From Candidatus Marinacidobacterales bacterium (GTDB lineage Bacteria > Acidobacteriota > Vicinamibacteria > Marinacidobacterales > DATDRI01): a DNA stretch of 64,000 nt. Below, piece after piece: positions 43,802 to 54,804 of this stretch. The translations under genes and the position numbers were made by a program. The DNA is taken from the NCBI GenBank assembly GCA_965219415.1, contig OZ244742.1, forward strand, positions 1,120,001 through 1,184,000, written 5' to 3'. How positions within the stretch are numbered: the first letter of the stretch is position 1; every line of letters starts with the position of its first letter. Below the pieces are notes generated by a model that saw nothing but the letters and a program-made list of their open reading frames with translations, ran no database searches and was not told where the DNA came from.

Positions 43802-44931
43802 GCGGACATCGGCCGGAAGTGGCCGATGTCATCCGCGAGTGCGGGGCAGCGTATCTGAAGCGCTACCGGCCTTCGCGAGAACAATGGCAAGTTCTCAATG
43901 CGGTGGTTCAGTGCCGGACGGCCGCTCTGGGAGGCCATCTGAATCGGTGTGACCGATGCGCTCACGAGGTACCGGTCTACAACTCGTGCCGTAACCGGCA
44001 TTGCCCGAAGTGTCAGGGGGCGGCTCGAGCGGATTGGCTGGAGCAACGCGAGCAGGAGCTACTCGACGTCGAGTACTTTCACGTCGTCTTCACGCTTCCA
44101 AGCGAGCTGGCTCCGATGGCGCTTCAGAATCGTCGCGCCGTTTACGGGATGTTGTTCCGTGCCGCTTCCGAGACACTACTGACGCTCGCTCGAGACCCGA
44201 AGCATCTGGGTGCCGAGATCGGCTGCATGGCGGTTCTACACACCTGGGGGCAGAACCTACACGCGCATCCGCATCTGCACTGCATTGTTCCGGGCGGCGG
44301 CATCGGCCTCGACGCCGAGCGGTGGGTGAGCTGCCGAGACGGTTTTTTTCTGCCCGTCCGGGTCTTGAGCCGGCTCTTCCGGGGCAAGTTCACAGCTCAA
44401 CTCCAACGGGGTTGGGAGCAGCAACAGCTCGCTTTCCACGGAGGCCTTCGCGATTTAGAGTATCCCCAGCGCTGGGAAGCTTGGCTCCAGCCACTTCGAG
44501 ACAAAGACTGGGTGGTCTATGCCAAGCCTCCATTCGGCGGTCCCAAGCAAGTGCTCAAATACCTCGCCCGCTATACCCACCGCGTCGCGATCTCCAACCA
44601 CAGGCTCGTGTCTGTGGAAGACGGAAAGGTCGCCTTTCGTTGGAAAGACTACGCCCACGGTAATCGCCAACGCACGATGAGCTTGGACGCCGTGGAGTTT
44701 CTGAGACGGTTTCTGCTCCATGTGCTTCCCAAAGGTTTCGTCCGCGTTCGCTACTACGGTTTTCTCGCCAACCGCCATCGAGCAGAAAAACTTGCGCGGG
44801 CACGAAAGTTCCTGGACGGAGCAAAGTCCAGTTCCGTCAACGACGACGTTTCCGAGCTCAAACAAACGGATGGGACGCTGCAGCAGCAGGTAAGGTCCAG
44901 ACTTGGGAAACCTCTCACCCTCCGTCAATGA
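43798..44931 (+). CDS. IS91-family (Y2/HUH) transposase, probably C-terminally truncated
   Basis: CRTAALGG, NSCRNRHCPKC, HPHLH, YLARY, FLLHVLPKGF..YYG. Confidence 0.9.
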   Translation: MSGHRPEVADVIRECGAAYLKRYRPSREQWQVLNAVVQCRTAALGGHLNRCDRCAHEVPVYNSCRNRHCPKCQGAARADWLEQREQELLDVEYFHVVFTLPSELAPMALQNRRAVYGMLFRAASETLLTLARDPKHLGAEIGCMAVLHTWGQNLHAHPHLHCIVPGGGIGLDAERWVSCRDGFFLPVRVLSRLFRGKFTAQLQRGWEQQQLAFHGGLRDLEYPQRWEAWLQPLRDKDWVVYAKPPFGGPKQVLKYLARYTHRVAISNHRLVSVEDGKVAFRWKDYAHGNRQRTMSLDAVEFLRRFLLHVLPKGFVRVRYYGFLANRHRAEKLARARKFLDGAKSSSVNDDVSELKQTDGTLQQQVRSRLGKPLTLRQ

Positions 44932-45403
44932 CCGAACCCTTCGCTCCTTGAGAAGCGACCTAACTTCGTCGACGAACGTGCAACGCCAATCCACTTGGTC
45001 CATTCGAGCGGTACTGTGCTCAAGTTTTGCGTCACAGTAGGCCTTTACTATTACCGCAGCTTGCTCCAGGCCGATCATTCCTCCGGGTTGTGGCTTCAAC
45101 GATTGCTCAATCGCCAATCGGATCAGAGTCTTTTCGATATAGAGGTCGTTGTGCCGGTACGATACCGGGCTGACTTCTAATTGCAACGTGTTCATTTTTC
45201 TTCCACCCTATTCACGGTCTCCCCGGTATCGAGCCTTGCCGTGATTGGCGAGGTTACGAGTCGGAGGCTTTGCCTCTGTACCTGCGCCAGATGAATTTCC
45301 GTTTGAACGGCGCTCGCTGTGAGTTTCTGTTGTGTCCTGTAGATCCATGTTCGGAATGTAGATGCGATCTGTCAAGGAAAATCTTTCGGGTCAGTCTTCG
45401 GCG

Positions 45404-46837
45404 GAGTCAAGCCCATTCTTAGTTGAAACTCTCCACGGCTCACGTTTAAGCGACCTTCTTCTTCGATACGGTTGATGTCTTCGCCTCGATCTTCAGTTCC
45501 CGCTTGAGAGCTTCGCGAAGCTTGGGAAGATGGCGGTAGCCCACCACCTTCCTCAAGCGCGGTTCGATGTCTACGAGCGCCGTTGCCAACCAGCGCTGGC
45601 GTTGGCTCGAGTTCTTCCAGTGGTCGACCTTCGCGCAGCGTTCCTCGACGAGAGCATTGACGGACTCAAGGCAGTTCGTCGTCTTGAACGAACGGCCCAG
45701 CACCGCGTGCACGCCGAGTCGATGCAACGTCAGCGTCTCCTCGAGGCCTTCCTCCAGGCTGCCAGCTGCGGATTGGTTCCGCTCTTCTAACTCACCGTGG
45801 AGTTGCTCAAGCGCAGTGAGGGCCTCTTCGTACTCCGGCCTGTTGTAGGCCCACTGGAGCCGCTTGCGCCATGACGCCTGCTCGCCCTTGGACAGGTAGC
45901 TCACTACGTTTTCACGTTTGTGCCACTGGCAGCGTTGTATCAGGGCCCGCTTACGGAATGCCTTCTTGACTGCCGCTTGGAGACCCTTGCCGCCGTCGAT
46001 GATCACCAGCAGACCCTGGGAGATATCGAGTCCCCGCTCGAGCAGTGAACGCAGGAACGGCGTCAACACCTGCGCGTTCTCCGTGTCCGTCTCCACGAAG
46101 CCCAAGAAGCGTTTTTCCCCGCAAAGCGTGATGCCCAGAGCCACGACCATCGTTGCCTCGGCGAATGTCTTCCCATCCAGAAACAGCGCCACCACATCCT
46201 CGCCGGTCAGATCCCGTTCCTGCATCTCCCGCAGCTTCGCAGCGCTCGCTTGCACGAACCCTCGGGACACCGTTGAGCTCGACAGCCCGATGGCGCCCGG
46301 AATCGCTTCCGCTGCCGCCTCGTAGTTGCGACAAGAGATTCCGTAGAGAACTCGTTTCAGCAGAAGATCATTCACCTCACCGCCGTGGCTCACCGCCTCG
46401 TAGCAGCGAAGCGGAATCTCTCCTCCCTCGATGCTCCGAACCCGTGGCACACGGATCGGTACCCGCTGGCCGCCAAGCCCTACCGTGCCCGGGTTGCTTC
46501 CGGGACGGCGACCGCGCTCCAGCTCGTCCTTGCGAGAGTATCGCTCTCCCGCCAACGCCTTCACTTCGTCGTCGAGCAACTCGTGAACGTGCATTAGACC
46601 AAGGGGGACCAACCAACGGATCATCTCTACCTTGGCGTCCAGCACGAGTTCCCCGTAATCCTCGTGCCTCACCATCTCGACCTCACCCAAACGACGCGAC
46701 TTCTTGCGTTTCTGACCGAACGTAGCAGACTTCCCATCTCGGCTCCTTTCTTCGCGGCTTGATTTTGTTTTGTCCAACGCCATCAAACCACGGGGTTTGG
46801 AGCCGTTTCAATTCCCAACTAAGATTGGCACACTTTC
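45404..46837 (-). mobile_element. IS256-family element, full length
   Basis: Imperfect IRs sharing CCA.TCTTAGTTG; 8-bp target duplication CTTCGGCG (45396-45403 and 46838-46845). Confidence 0.92.
45446..46786 (-). CDS. IS256 transposase
   Basis: FLDGK, IIDGGKG, QRCQWHK, TTNCLESVN; one base shorter than the 40.8 kb copy near 46712, so the true start may be frameshifted. Confidence 0.88.
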   Translation of the reverse strand: MMALDKTKSSREERSRDGKSATFGQKRKKSRRLGEVEMVRHEDYGELVLDAKVEMIRWLVPLGLMHVHELLDDEVKALAGERYSRKDELERGRRPGSNPGTVGLGGQRVPIRVPRVRSIEGGEIPLRCYEAVSHGGEVNDLLLKRVLYGISCRNYEAAAEAIPGAIGLSSSTVSRGFVQASAAKLREMQERDLTGEDVVALFLDGKTFAEATMVVALGITLCGEKRFLGFVETDTENAQVLTPFLRSLLERGLDISQGLLVIIDGGKGLQAAVKKAFRKRALIQRCQWHKRENVVSYLSKGEQASWRKRLQWAYNRPEYEEALTALEQLHGELEERNQSAAGSLEEGLEETLTLHRLGVHAVLGRSFKTTNCLESVNALVEERCAKVDHWKNSSQRQRWLATALVDIEPRLRKVVGYRHLPKLREALKRELKIEAKTSTVSKKKVA

Positions 46838-47725
46838 CTTCGGCGTAACGTCAGTTCGTTGTCCCATACAATCTGCCTGACAATTCTCGGCGAAGCCGCT
46901 TGCCGGGTGTGTCGCCCATGGTGTCTGTAAACCAATTCTCTGGCGCTCACTCAAACCGCACAGACCAACTGTTCCTGCTGTTTGGTTACAACTTCTGTCA
47001 TTCCTCGATCTTGTATCCGACCCAGGATCCGCCCATTCTCGTACGCACCCCTCTTCATGACCGAGGAGTAACCTCCCGCTTCAATCCCACGGACCGTCTC
47101 TTTCGTGATCCAATGCTGGTTTTGAGTAAGATCGTCTTGAATTTTCTTGGCCAGACGCCGTAGCGACTTCTCGTCCTTCAAAGGGCTGCTCTCTGGCTTC
47201 TCGTCCGATGAGCCCTTCATGGTCACTTTTATCTCTTGGGATTCTTTCGAGACGCGCCCAGATTCTGGTGTCTCGTAGCTTGTTGCCACCCGCCTGAATG
47301 TTTCGAGGTGCTTTCTTCAAAGCGTCTCCGAACAAGGTTTGATTCTTGTAATACGCTGGGCTGTCCGCATTGGACCAACCATCGACTAGCTGCCGCGCCG
47401 CCACTAGCTCAGGACTCACCTGATGCTTCACCGGCTTGGGTTCCTCCTTGGCCTCGTGAGGGGACGCAGGGGGGGCTCTTCAAGAGTTGGTGAACCCTCC
47501 AGCGGGAGATATCAGTCCGCGAAGCAATGGCCCTGATACTGTGCGCGTCCTCGCGTAGCTTTCTGACCTCGGCCTCGGTCTCGGGCGACAGCTCCAGACG
47601 GGGACGACGGCTGTCTGGAAACTTGTCCGGAAGCCACTTGTCCGGAAACCTCTCCAGGCTTCAATTCCACACTTAACCCGTTGAGGCCAACCGCTGGCCG
47701 GCACTTGACGCCGTTTCGGTTGGCT

Positions 47726-49125
47726 GAGTTATAACCAGAAGTTGTGGATCGCCTGAATGAGAAAGGCGGCGTATCCTTCCATGTAAGACAAAGGCCAAAC
47801 CGGTTTTAGCGAACCGGAGGAAGGAAACGCCACCGATGCTGAGGATACAAGATCCACCGAAGGAAACGAAACATGAGGAAGTCGGGACTGCGCTCGATGA
47901 GCTGGCTCGTGAGGGGGCGCGTCGAATGTTGATGACGGCGCTGGAGGAGGAAGTCGGAGACTACATCGAAAGCCACTCTCCGGAACGAGACGAGAACGGA
48001 CACGCGAGCGTAGTCCGCAACGGTCGAGCTCGAGCCCGCAAAGTGACGATGGGCTGCGGAACGATGGAAGTCGAGGCGCCGCGAGTCAACGACAAGCGGG
48101 TGATCGATGGAGAACGTCAGCGCTTCACGAGCAGCATCTTACCTCCGTATATGCGTCGCTCCCCGAAGGTGAGTGAGGTTTTGCCGTTGCTGTACTTGCG
48201 CGGATTGTCGACGAACGATTTCGGGCCTGCGCTGAAGGAGCTGCTGGGCGAGGAGGCTTCGGGGCTTTCGTCGACGGCGATCACGAGGCTGACGGCGAAA
48301 TGGCAGTCGGAGTACGAAGAGTTTCGGAAACGAGACTTGAGCCGCGAGGATTACGCGTACATCTGGGTCGACGGCGTTCACTTCAATGTTCGTCTCGAAG
48401 ACGACAGGCTTTGCACCCTTGTCGTTCTTGGTGTTCGGGCGGATGGGACGAAGGAGCTGCTCGCGGTGGAGGACGGTTATCGAGAGAGCGAGGAGAGCTG
48501 GGCGTACGTGCTGAGGGAACTAGATCGCCGCGGGATGAAACCTCCTCTTCTCGCCATCGGAGACGGCGCCTTGGGATTCTGGGCTGCGGTTCGAAACGTA
48601 TGGCCGGAAACCCGTCACCAGTTGTGCTGCGTTCACAAGACAAAAAACGTCCTCGACAAGCTACCGAGGCGTCTTCATGGCCGTGTGAAGAGCGCCCTGA
48701 ACGAGATCGTCAAGGCTGAGACCAGGGAGCAGGCGGAAGAAGCTCTTGAGCGGTTCGAATCGGACTACGGGGCCAAGTACCCCAAGGCTGTCGCATCCCT
48801 GACCAAGCACCAGGACAAACTCCTGACGTTCTACGATTTCCCCGCCGAGCACTGGGAGCACATCCGAACCGCCAACCCCATCGAGTCGGCGTTCGCCACG
48901 GTGCGACTCCGGCAGAGAGTTACCAAGGGAGCAGGCTCCCGTTCGAAAACCCTCCTCATGGCCTACAAGTTACTCGACATGGCGAGCCAACGATGGCGCC
49001 GGGTGAACGCCCCCGCACTTGTCGCTCGGATACTTGAGGGAGAGAAGTTCGTCGACGGATTAAACGAAGAAGCGAGGAACGCCGCTTGACTCAGAAAGTT
49101 GATCCACAACTCTTGACAATATCTC
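47726..49125 (+). mobile_element. IS256-family element, intact
   Basis: IRs GAG.TAT...AGTTGTGGATC; 9-bp target duplication CGGTTGGCT (47717-47725 and 49126-49134). Confidence 0.93.
47836..49089 (+). CDS. IS256 transposase
   Basis: VVRNG, YIWVDGV, IGDGALGFW, CCVHK, TANPIESAF. Confidence 0.93.
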   Translation: MLRIQDPPKETKHEEVGTALDELAREGARRMLMTALEEEVGDYIESHSPERDENGHASVVRNGRARARKVTMGCGTMEVEAPRVNDKRVIDGERQRFTSSILPPYMRRSPKVSEVLPLLYLRGLSTNDFGPALKELLGEEASGLSSTAITRLTAKWQSEYEEFRKRDLSREDYAYIWVDGVHFNVRLEDDRLCTLVVLGVRADGTKELLAVEDGYRESEESWAYVLRELDRRGMKPPLLAIGDGALGFWAAVRNVWPETRHQLCCVHKTKNVLDKLPRRLHGRVKSALNEIVKAETREQAEEALERFESDYGAKYPKAVASLTKHQDKLLTFYDFPAEHWEHIRTANPIESAFATVRLRQRVTKGAGSRSKTLLMAYKLLDMASQRWRRVNAPALVARILEGEKFVDGLNEEARNAA

Positions 49126-49146
49126 CGGTTGGCTTCAAATGGACCT

Positions 49147-49689
49147 CTATCCGGCTGAGGGCTGAAGGTTTTCGGAGCTGACGAAACAATCTAGATCTGC
49201 TTGTACTCTTACAGTGTCAGCAGTCACGTCACGGTTTCTCGAACTCCATCCCCTGCGTCTCATTGTCTGGGCTACAACCTTCCACTTGAACCCGTACCTA
49301 GACGCGCGCTTCTTCAGGGACTTTATTTCTGAACGTGAAGGCTGGCGGGTGAACCTGGAGAGCAACGCCGACACAGTTCCCCAGGGAACCCTCTGCGACT
49401 CGATTACCAGCAAGGCGGAGGTGAGGCTGATACCCCTCTTCCAGAAAGCCTTGACGAGTTGGGCGTGAGTCGCCTTCCTGGAGCACCCAAACATGAGCTG
49501 CTTGAAGGCGGCACTCTTTCGAGTGGGAACGAAAAAGTTGGCCTTGCACCGGGAGTGCCTGTGGAGCGGACAGTCGCCAAGGAACCGCGGCCCTTTCTTG
49601 GAGAAGCCTACGACCTGGGCTAGCTGCTGAGTCTTGGGGCGTTTGAGGATTTCCTCAATCCTGTCCCGTTCGACTTGGTTGAGTTGCAT
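49147..49689 (-). CDS. Basic hypothetical protein with a primase-like Zn-finger remnant
   Basis: GDCPLH..FGC; island context. Confidence 0.45.
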   Translation of the reverse strand: MQLNQVERDRIEEILKRPKTQQLAQVVGFSKKGPRFLGDCPLHRHSRCKANFFVPTRKSAAFKQLMFGCSRKATHAQLVKAFWKRGISLTSALLVIESQRVPWGTVSALLSRFTRQPSRSEIKSLKKRASRYGFKWKVVAQTMRRRGWSSRNRDVTADTVRVQADLDCFVSSENLQPSAG

Positions 49690-49833
49690 GCCCAAATTCC
49701 TTCTTGACAGTCGGAGTCGGTACACGGTGGAACAGATGTTCTGAGCTCAACGCGTATTCGCTCCTATGAAAGGAAAGGGCCGCTTGGAGAGAGCAGCCTT
49801 TTCGGATCTTGGCGGTCACTTCAAATGTCATTA

Positions 49834-50019
49834 CTACCCGGCGGCCTCTGCTTTCTGCTTCTTGCGACGTATCCAGTCTAGGACGCGCTTGGATTCTTCC
49901 TTAGCAACCACCCTCGTGGCGCGCGTGGCGAGCTGCTTGTCTATGCCCAGCTCTCGCTGTAAGCGTCTGGCCATAGCCGTCTGACGTGGTGTCAGCAGCT
50001 TCTGTTTCTTGCTAGTCAT
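49834..50019 (-). CDS. Small basic hypothetical protein
   Basis: 61 aa, RBS AAGGAAGG, Lys/Arg-rich. Confidence 0.45.
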   Translation of the reverse strand: MTSKKQKLLTPRQTAMARRLQRELGIDKQLATRATRVVAKEESKRVLDWIRRKKQKAEAAG

Positions 50020-50293
50020 GTCGTGAATCCTTCCTTACCTAAAAGCGTAGCACGCCTCGTCCGACCTTTGCCTCGTTTGGCTTAACCGACCCCCTAACGT
50101 CTGGTAAGCCTGATATTTGCGTTAGGGGCTTTGTGCGCACCGAAGACTGGAAAACGATCCTCAGCCCCCCCCTGGATGTAACACGGGCCATTCCTCCACG
50201 ATGAAATCGGGGCTCCGTCTACCAACCGATTACTAGTTCTTGCGGTATCGCTTCAGGCCGTGCGATCATGTCCACCTTCCAGTTAGGAACACC

Positions 50294-50626
50294 ATGGATT
50301 TAGCCATTGCCGAGAGAAACCCAGAGGAAGTAGCCCCAGAGGAAATCCCCAGTGTTATTGGCCGATTGGAGGCGCTCAAGACGCGACTCAAGGCGAGGTT
50401 GTTTCGCTTCAATGACAATTCACCTGGCGAACAGAAACCATCGAATGGGGACGACCGTTGGCTCACTGCAGAACAAGTGGCCGAGCTACTCCACGTAGAC
50501 ATTCGCTGGGTCTACCGACAAACCGGGAAGTGGACTTTCGCTCGAAGATTGTCCCCACGAAAGATCCTTTTCAGTGAGGCTGGACTAAGGAAGTGGATGG
50601 AGAGTCGGCCTAATGCGGCGACGTAG
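50294..50626 (+). CDS. Excisionase / AlpA-like HTH protein
   Basis: RWLTAEQVAELLHVDIRWVY..FSEAGLRKWM; overlaps the integrase start. Confidence 0.8.
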   Translation: MDLAIAERNPEEVAPEEIPSVIGRLEALKTRLKARLFRFNDNSPGEQKPSNGDDRWLTAEQVAELLHVDIRWVYRQTGKWTFARRLSPRKILFSEAGLRKWMESRPNAAT

Positions 50627-52067
50627 AGATCGCGGTTCGGGAACTATTTACAAGCCCAACAAGAACTCCTCTATTTGGTGGTTCTCCTATTGGGTTCGTG
50701 GTGAGCGAATTGCAGAAAGTTCTAAGTCCAAGAACCGGACAGACGCTGTAAAGCTCCTTCAGAAGCGGCTCGCAGAGATCGCATCGGGCAAACCTACTGG
50801 GCCACAGGTGGACAAGACTTCGTTCGAGGACCTCGCCAAGATACTCATTGCCGACTACGAGAAGAACAGGAGACGTTCGACAAAGCGGGTCCAACGAGCA
50901 ATAGAGAACCTGCGAGAGTTCTTTGGCGACTACCAGGCCACGCAGATTACATCGGACCGCATCTCGGCGTACGAAGTCTCTCGTCAAAGAGAGGGAGCTG
51001 CGAACGCCACGATCAACCGAGAGTTGTCCGCACTGAAGCGGATGTTTCGTCTTGGGCGCACGGCTCGAAGAGTTGCCGAGGCTCCAGAGATTTCGATGCT
51101 CCAGGAGGACAATGCTCGGAAGGGCTTCTTTGATCGAGACCAATTCGAGGCGGTAACCGCAAACCTACCCGAGGACATTAAGCCGGTCGTTGAAGTTGCA
51201 TACATAACCGGATGGCGAGTCGCCAGCGAGATACTGACTCGGGAGTGGAAGCACGTTGACTTCGGGTCCCGTTTCCTCCGTCTGGAGCCGGGAGAAACCA
51301 AGAACCGTAAAGGTCGAATGTTCGCCATGACTCCGAGGTTGAAAGGGGTCCTAGAGCGTCAGCGAGAGCGGACGACAGCTATCGAGAAGGCGACGGGTCA
51401 GATTATTCCCTGGGTCTTCCATCGAGAGGGTAAGCCGATCAGGCGGTTTGATAGGTCGTGGAAGACAGCGTGCCGCAAAGCAGGCGTTCCGGGGAAGCTC
51501 AGGCATGACTTCCGACGCACTGCCGTCAGGAACCTAGAGCGGGCAGGCGTTGCGCGATCAGCGGCGAAGGCCATGGTGGGCCATCTTACGGATTCGATTT
51601 ACAACCGCTACGCTATCGCGGATGAAGCCATGCTCCACGAGGGGGCAGAAAAACTCTCAGTTCTCCACGAGAGAGAGAGAGCAATCCCGAACGAAGGGTC
51701 CTTCCTCTCAAGTCTCACCAGAAGCGCGGACGCTAAGCTCAAACTAAGCTCAAATCCTTCCGAACCTGTTCTTCGGCCAAGAAAAGAGATTGTTTGTTTT
51801 GAAGGGATTAACTGGTGCCGAGGGACGGAATCGAACCGCCGACGCAAGGATTTTCAGTCCTTCGCTCTACCGACTGAGCTACCTCGGCACCCAAGGGAAG
51901 CGCCAATTCTAGCGGAGGGCGTCAAAAAGTCAAGGCGAACGCACGCCCCGGCCAGTATCCTGCCTCGTCCGGACGAGATCAGTGGGTGGTGGGCTGCCGC
52001 TCCGAGACCTTGGCCTTCTCGCGCTTGCCCTTGCCGTCGCTCGCGACATTCTCGGCGGGCTCGGTAG
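50613..52067 (+). CDS. Tyrosine integrase; ORF reads through the antisense tRNA-Phe
   Basis: RGSGTIY arm-binding region, [31 protein letters not shown]. Confidence 0.9.
   Translation: MRRRRDRGSGTIYKPNKNSSIWWFSYWVRGERIAESSKSKNRTDAVKLLQKRLAEIASGKPTGPQVDKTSFEDLAKILIADYEKNRRRSTKRVQRAIENLREFFGDYQATQITSDRISAYEVSRQREGAANATINRELSALKRMFRLGRTARRVAEAPEISMLQEDNARKGFFDRDQFEAVTANLPEDIKPVVEVAYITGWRVASEILTREWKHVDFGSRFLRLEPGETKNRKGRMFAMTPRLKGVLERQRERTTAIEKATGQIIPWVFHREGKPIRRFDRSWKTACRKAGVPGKLRHDFRRTAVRNLERAGVARSAAKAMVGHLTDSIYNRYAIADEAMLHEGAEKLSVLHERERAIPNEGSFLSSLTRSADAKLKLSSNPSEPVLRPRKEIVCFEGINWCRGTESNRRRKDFQSFALPTELPRHPREAPILAEGVKKSRRTHAPASILPRPDEISGWWAAAPRPWPSRACPCRRSRHSRRAR
51813..51888 (-). tRNA. tRNA-Phe(GAA)
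   Basis: GCCGAGG acceptor stem, AAGGA-CTGAAAA-TCCTT anticodon arm, GGTTCGATT, encoded CCA. Confidence 0.97.
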
Positions 52068-53076
52068 GAGCTGCCTCCGGGTCAGGGATCAGCCCCAACT
52101 CTTGGCGAAGCTTGGTCTCGATCTTGTTGACGATGTCGGTGTTCTTAATGAGGAACTGGCGGACGTTTTCTCTTCCCTGCCCGATGCGCTCGCCCTTGTA
52201 GGAATACCAAGCGCCACTCTTGTCGACGATGTTCCGGGCGACCGCGAGATCGAGGAGATCTCCTTCCTTGGAAATGCCTTTGCCGTACAGGATGTCGAAC
52301 TCCGCGTTCTGGAACGGTGCCGCCACCTTGTTCTTCACAACCTTGACGCGCGTACGATTGCCGACAATGGCGTCTCCGTCTTTGAGAGCTGCAATGCGAC
52401 GGATATCGAGTCGCACCGAGGAGTAGAACTTTAGAGCCCGGCCGCCAGTGGTGGTTTCCGGATTCCCGAACATGACACCGATCTTCTCCCGGATCTGGTT
52501 GATGAAGATGAGACACGTATTGGACTTCGAAACGATCGCGGTGAGCTTACGCATGGCCTGCGACATCAAGCGCGCCTGGAGACCCATTTGAGCATCGCCC
52601 ATTTCTCCGTCGAGCTCGGCGCGTGGCACCAGGGCAGCGACCGAGTCGATCACCAAAACGTCCACCGCGCCGCTGCGGATGAGGACTTCGGTGATCTCCA
52701 GTGCTTGTTCCCCACTGTCGGGCTGACTGACCAACAGATTGTCGGTGTCGACGCCGAGAGCGTTGGCGTAGACGGCGTCCAAGGCGTGCTCGGCATCGAC
52801 GAAGGCCGCCATACCGCCCACCTTCTGTGCCTGCGCGATTGCGTGAAGCGCGAGCGTAGTTTTACCCGAGGACTCTGGTCCAAAGATCTCGATCACCCTT
52901 CCTCTGGGTAGGCCGCCGACTCCTAGCGCGGCATCGAGCGAGATCGAGCCTGTCGAGATGGCAGGGACGTCCAACGTCTCACGCGATCCGAGCCGTATGA
53001 TGGCCCCTTTGCCGAACTGCTTTTCGATCTGGCTGACCGCTATGTCGATGGCCTTCTCCCGTCCGTTCTCAGCCAT
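51979..53076 (-). CDS. recA: Recombinase A
   Basis: [32 protein letters not shown]. Confidence 0.98.
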   Translation of the reverse strand: MAENGREKAIDIAVSQIEKQFGKGAIIRLGSRETLDVPAISTGSISLDAALGVGGLPRGRVIEIFGPESSGKTTLALHAIAQAQKVGGMAAFVDAEHALDAVYANALGVDTDNLLVSQPDSGEQALEITEVLIRSGAVDVLVIDSVAALVPRAELDGEMGDAQMGLQARLMSQAMRKLTAIVSKSNTCLIFINQIREKIGVMFGNPETTTGGRALKFYSSVRLDIRRIAALKDGDAIVGNRTRVKVVKNKVAAPFQNAEFDILYGKGISKEGDLLDLAVARNIVDKSGAWYSYKGERIGQGRENVRQFLIKNTDIVNKIETKLRQELGLIPDPEAAPTEPAENVASDGKGKREKAKVSERQPTTH

Positions 53077-53341
53077 GGGTCTCCTTTCAGGAAGCTATCC
53101 TCGTAGCTCCTGGCATTGAATTCCGTTGGGAATTCCGGCCAAATCCACCAATCACCTGGCCGTGGGTTTCCTATATGAGGCTCGCGCCAGTCTAGGGCTC
53201 TGGCCTCTTCATAGTCAAGACGAAATCCGCGTGGAAAAGACTCCCTCGGAAGGGCCACAATACCACATCTCGGGCCGCGTGTTCAATTCACCACCCGATA
53301 TGGGGGTTCACCAGGTGCCACCCACTTGGTACCCTGGAAGC

Positions 53342-53869
53342 GTGCCTACTCCGGTTGGTCATTCCTTAGGTGGACTGGCGGTTTACCTCGCGGCGCGGTG
53401 GCCTCAGAAAGACTGGTTCCTCGTTGGCGGGGTTGCGGTCTCGGCGGTACTCCCCGATCTCGACTTCGCCATCCAGCCCTTCGCCGGCCGAAGCTACCAC
53501 CGTTACTTCTCGCACAGCCTCGGTTTCTCGGTACTCTTTGCCGTGGCCGCCTACCTGATCTTGAAATGGCTCGGAAGGACGTCTCCACGACGAGACGCCG
53601 TGCTCATGGGAGCGGGATACGTTTCCCACATCGTCTTGGACCTTTTCTCGCACGACACGCATCCGCCGTTCGGCATCCAACTCTTTTGGCCCTTTTCGGA
53701 TGGGTTCGTCATCACGCCGGTCCAAATCTTTCCCGAGGTTTGGAGAGGGAGCGTGGCCGTTCTCTTCGGCCTCCACAACTGGTTGGCGGCAGGGATCGAA
53801 TTCCTTGTGCTGCTGCCGTTCGTGGTTTCGTTATGGTGGCTTCGCGGTCGCCGCGGTCAATCCGAGTAG
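53342..53869 (+). CDS. Membrane-bound metal-dependent hydrolase (YdjM-like)
   Basis: Start MPTPVGH; [25 protein letters not shown]. Confidence 0.85.
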   Translation: MPTPVGHSLGGLAVYLAARWPQKDWFLVGGVAVSAVLPDLDFAIQPFAGRSYHRYFSHSLGFSVLFAVAAYLILKWLGRTSPRRDAVLMGAGYVSHIVLDLFSHDTHPPFGIQLFWPFSDGFVITPVQIFPEVWRGSVAVLFGLHNWLAAGIEFLVLLPFVVSLWWLRGRRGQSE

Positions 53870-54711
53870 GTGTAAAAGCCGCGCCCGCTCTTCCGACCTA
53901 GGTAGCCCGCATCCACCATCTTCTTGAGCAGTGGGCAGGGGCGATATTTCGGATCGCCGAAACCGTCATGGAGCACGTTCATGATGCTCAGGCAGACGTC
54001 GAGTCCGATGAAGTCGGCGAGCGTCAGCGGTCCCATCGGATGGTTCATCCCTAACTCCATGACCGTGTCGATCGCTTCCGGCGTGCCCACACCCTCCATC
54101 AGCGTGAAGATCGCTTCATTGATAAGCGGCATCAGCACGCGATTGGAAACGAAGCCGGGCGCATCGTTGACCTCGACCGAGGTCTTTCCGAGTTTTTCCG
54201 AGAGGCCGCGGGTGAGCTCGTACGTTTCGTCCGAAGTTGCAATGCCGCGAATGATCTCGACCAGCTTCATCACCGGCACCGGATTCATGAAATGCATGCC
54301 GATGAAGCGATCGGCGCGCGATGTCGTTGCGGCGAGCTTGGTGATCGAGATGGAGGACGTGTTCGAAGCGAGCACCACCTCCGGGCGGACGAGCTTATCG
54401 AGCTCACGGAAGAGCTCCTGTTTGATCGCAAGGTCCTCGATGATGGCCTCCACAACGAAATCGGCGTCCTTGAGACCGTCTAGCTCTAACCCCGAACTGA
54501 TTCGCTTCTTGGCGCCGTCCGCCACTTCGGCGGGAAGCTTTCCCTTGTCCACCATTCGCTTGAGGTTGCGCTCGATGTTGGCGATTCCGCGCTCGACGAA
54601 CTCAATCTTGACGTCCCTCAAGTAGACGTCGAACCCGGATTGCGCGAAGACCTGGGCGATGCCGTTGCCCATAGTGCCGGCGCCGATGACTCCGATTTTG
54701 CGTATGTTCAC
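53857..54711 (-). CDS. hbd: 3-hydroxybutyryl-CoA dehydrogenase
   Basis: [28 protein letters not shown]. Confidence 0.92.
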   Translation of the reverse strand: MNIRKIGVIGAGTMGNGIAQVFAQSGFDVYLRDVKIEFVERGIANIERNLKRMVDKGKLPAEVADGAKKRISSGLELDGLKDADFVVEAIIEDLAIKQELFRELDKLVRPEVVLASNTSSISITKLAATTSRADRFIGMHFMNPVPVMKLVEIIRGIATSDETYELTRGLSEKLGKTSVEVNDAPGFVSNRVLMPLINEAIFTLMEGVGTPEAIDTVMELGMNHPMGPLTLADFIGLDVCLSIMNVLHDGFGDPKYRPCPLLKKMVDAGYLGRKSGRGFYTYSD

Positions 54712-54726
54712 GAAAGTGCTCCTGCA

Positions 54727-54758
54727 CCCTCACCCTACCCTCTCCCACTGGGAGAGGG
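54727..54758. repeat. REP-like palindromic element, copy 2
   Basis: CCCTCACCCTACCCTCTCCCA-C-TGGGAGAGGG, reverse-complement related to 21354-21390. Confidence 0.65.
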
Positions 54759-54804
54759 AAAAGAGGAATAAGAAACGCTCGCCGGCGGGCCTCCGGCCCG
54801 TTAG

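Larger units (their letters stand above)
40974..51812. mobile_element. Decayed integrative island next to tRNA-Phe
   Basis: Integrase and excisionase abut the tRNA 3' end; orphan ORFs and several IS; left boundary uncertain. Confidence 0.65.

Noticed and set aside
53077-53340. LexA box upstream of recA
   Set aside because: No match to GTTC-N7-GTTC or CTGT-N8-ACAG; only a short GAATTCC palindrome
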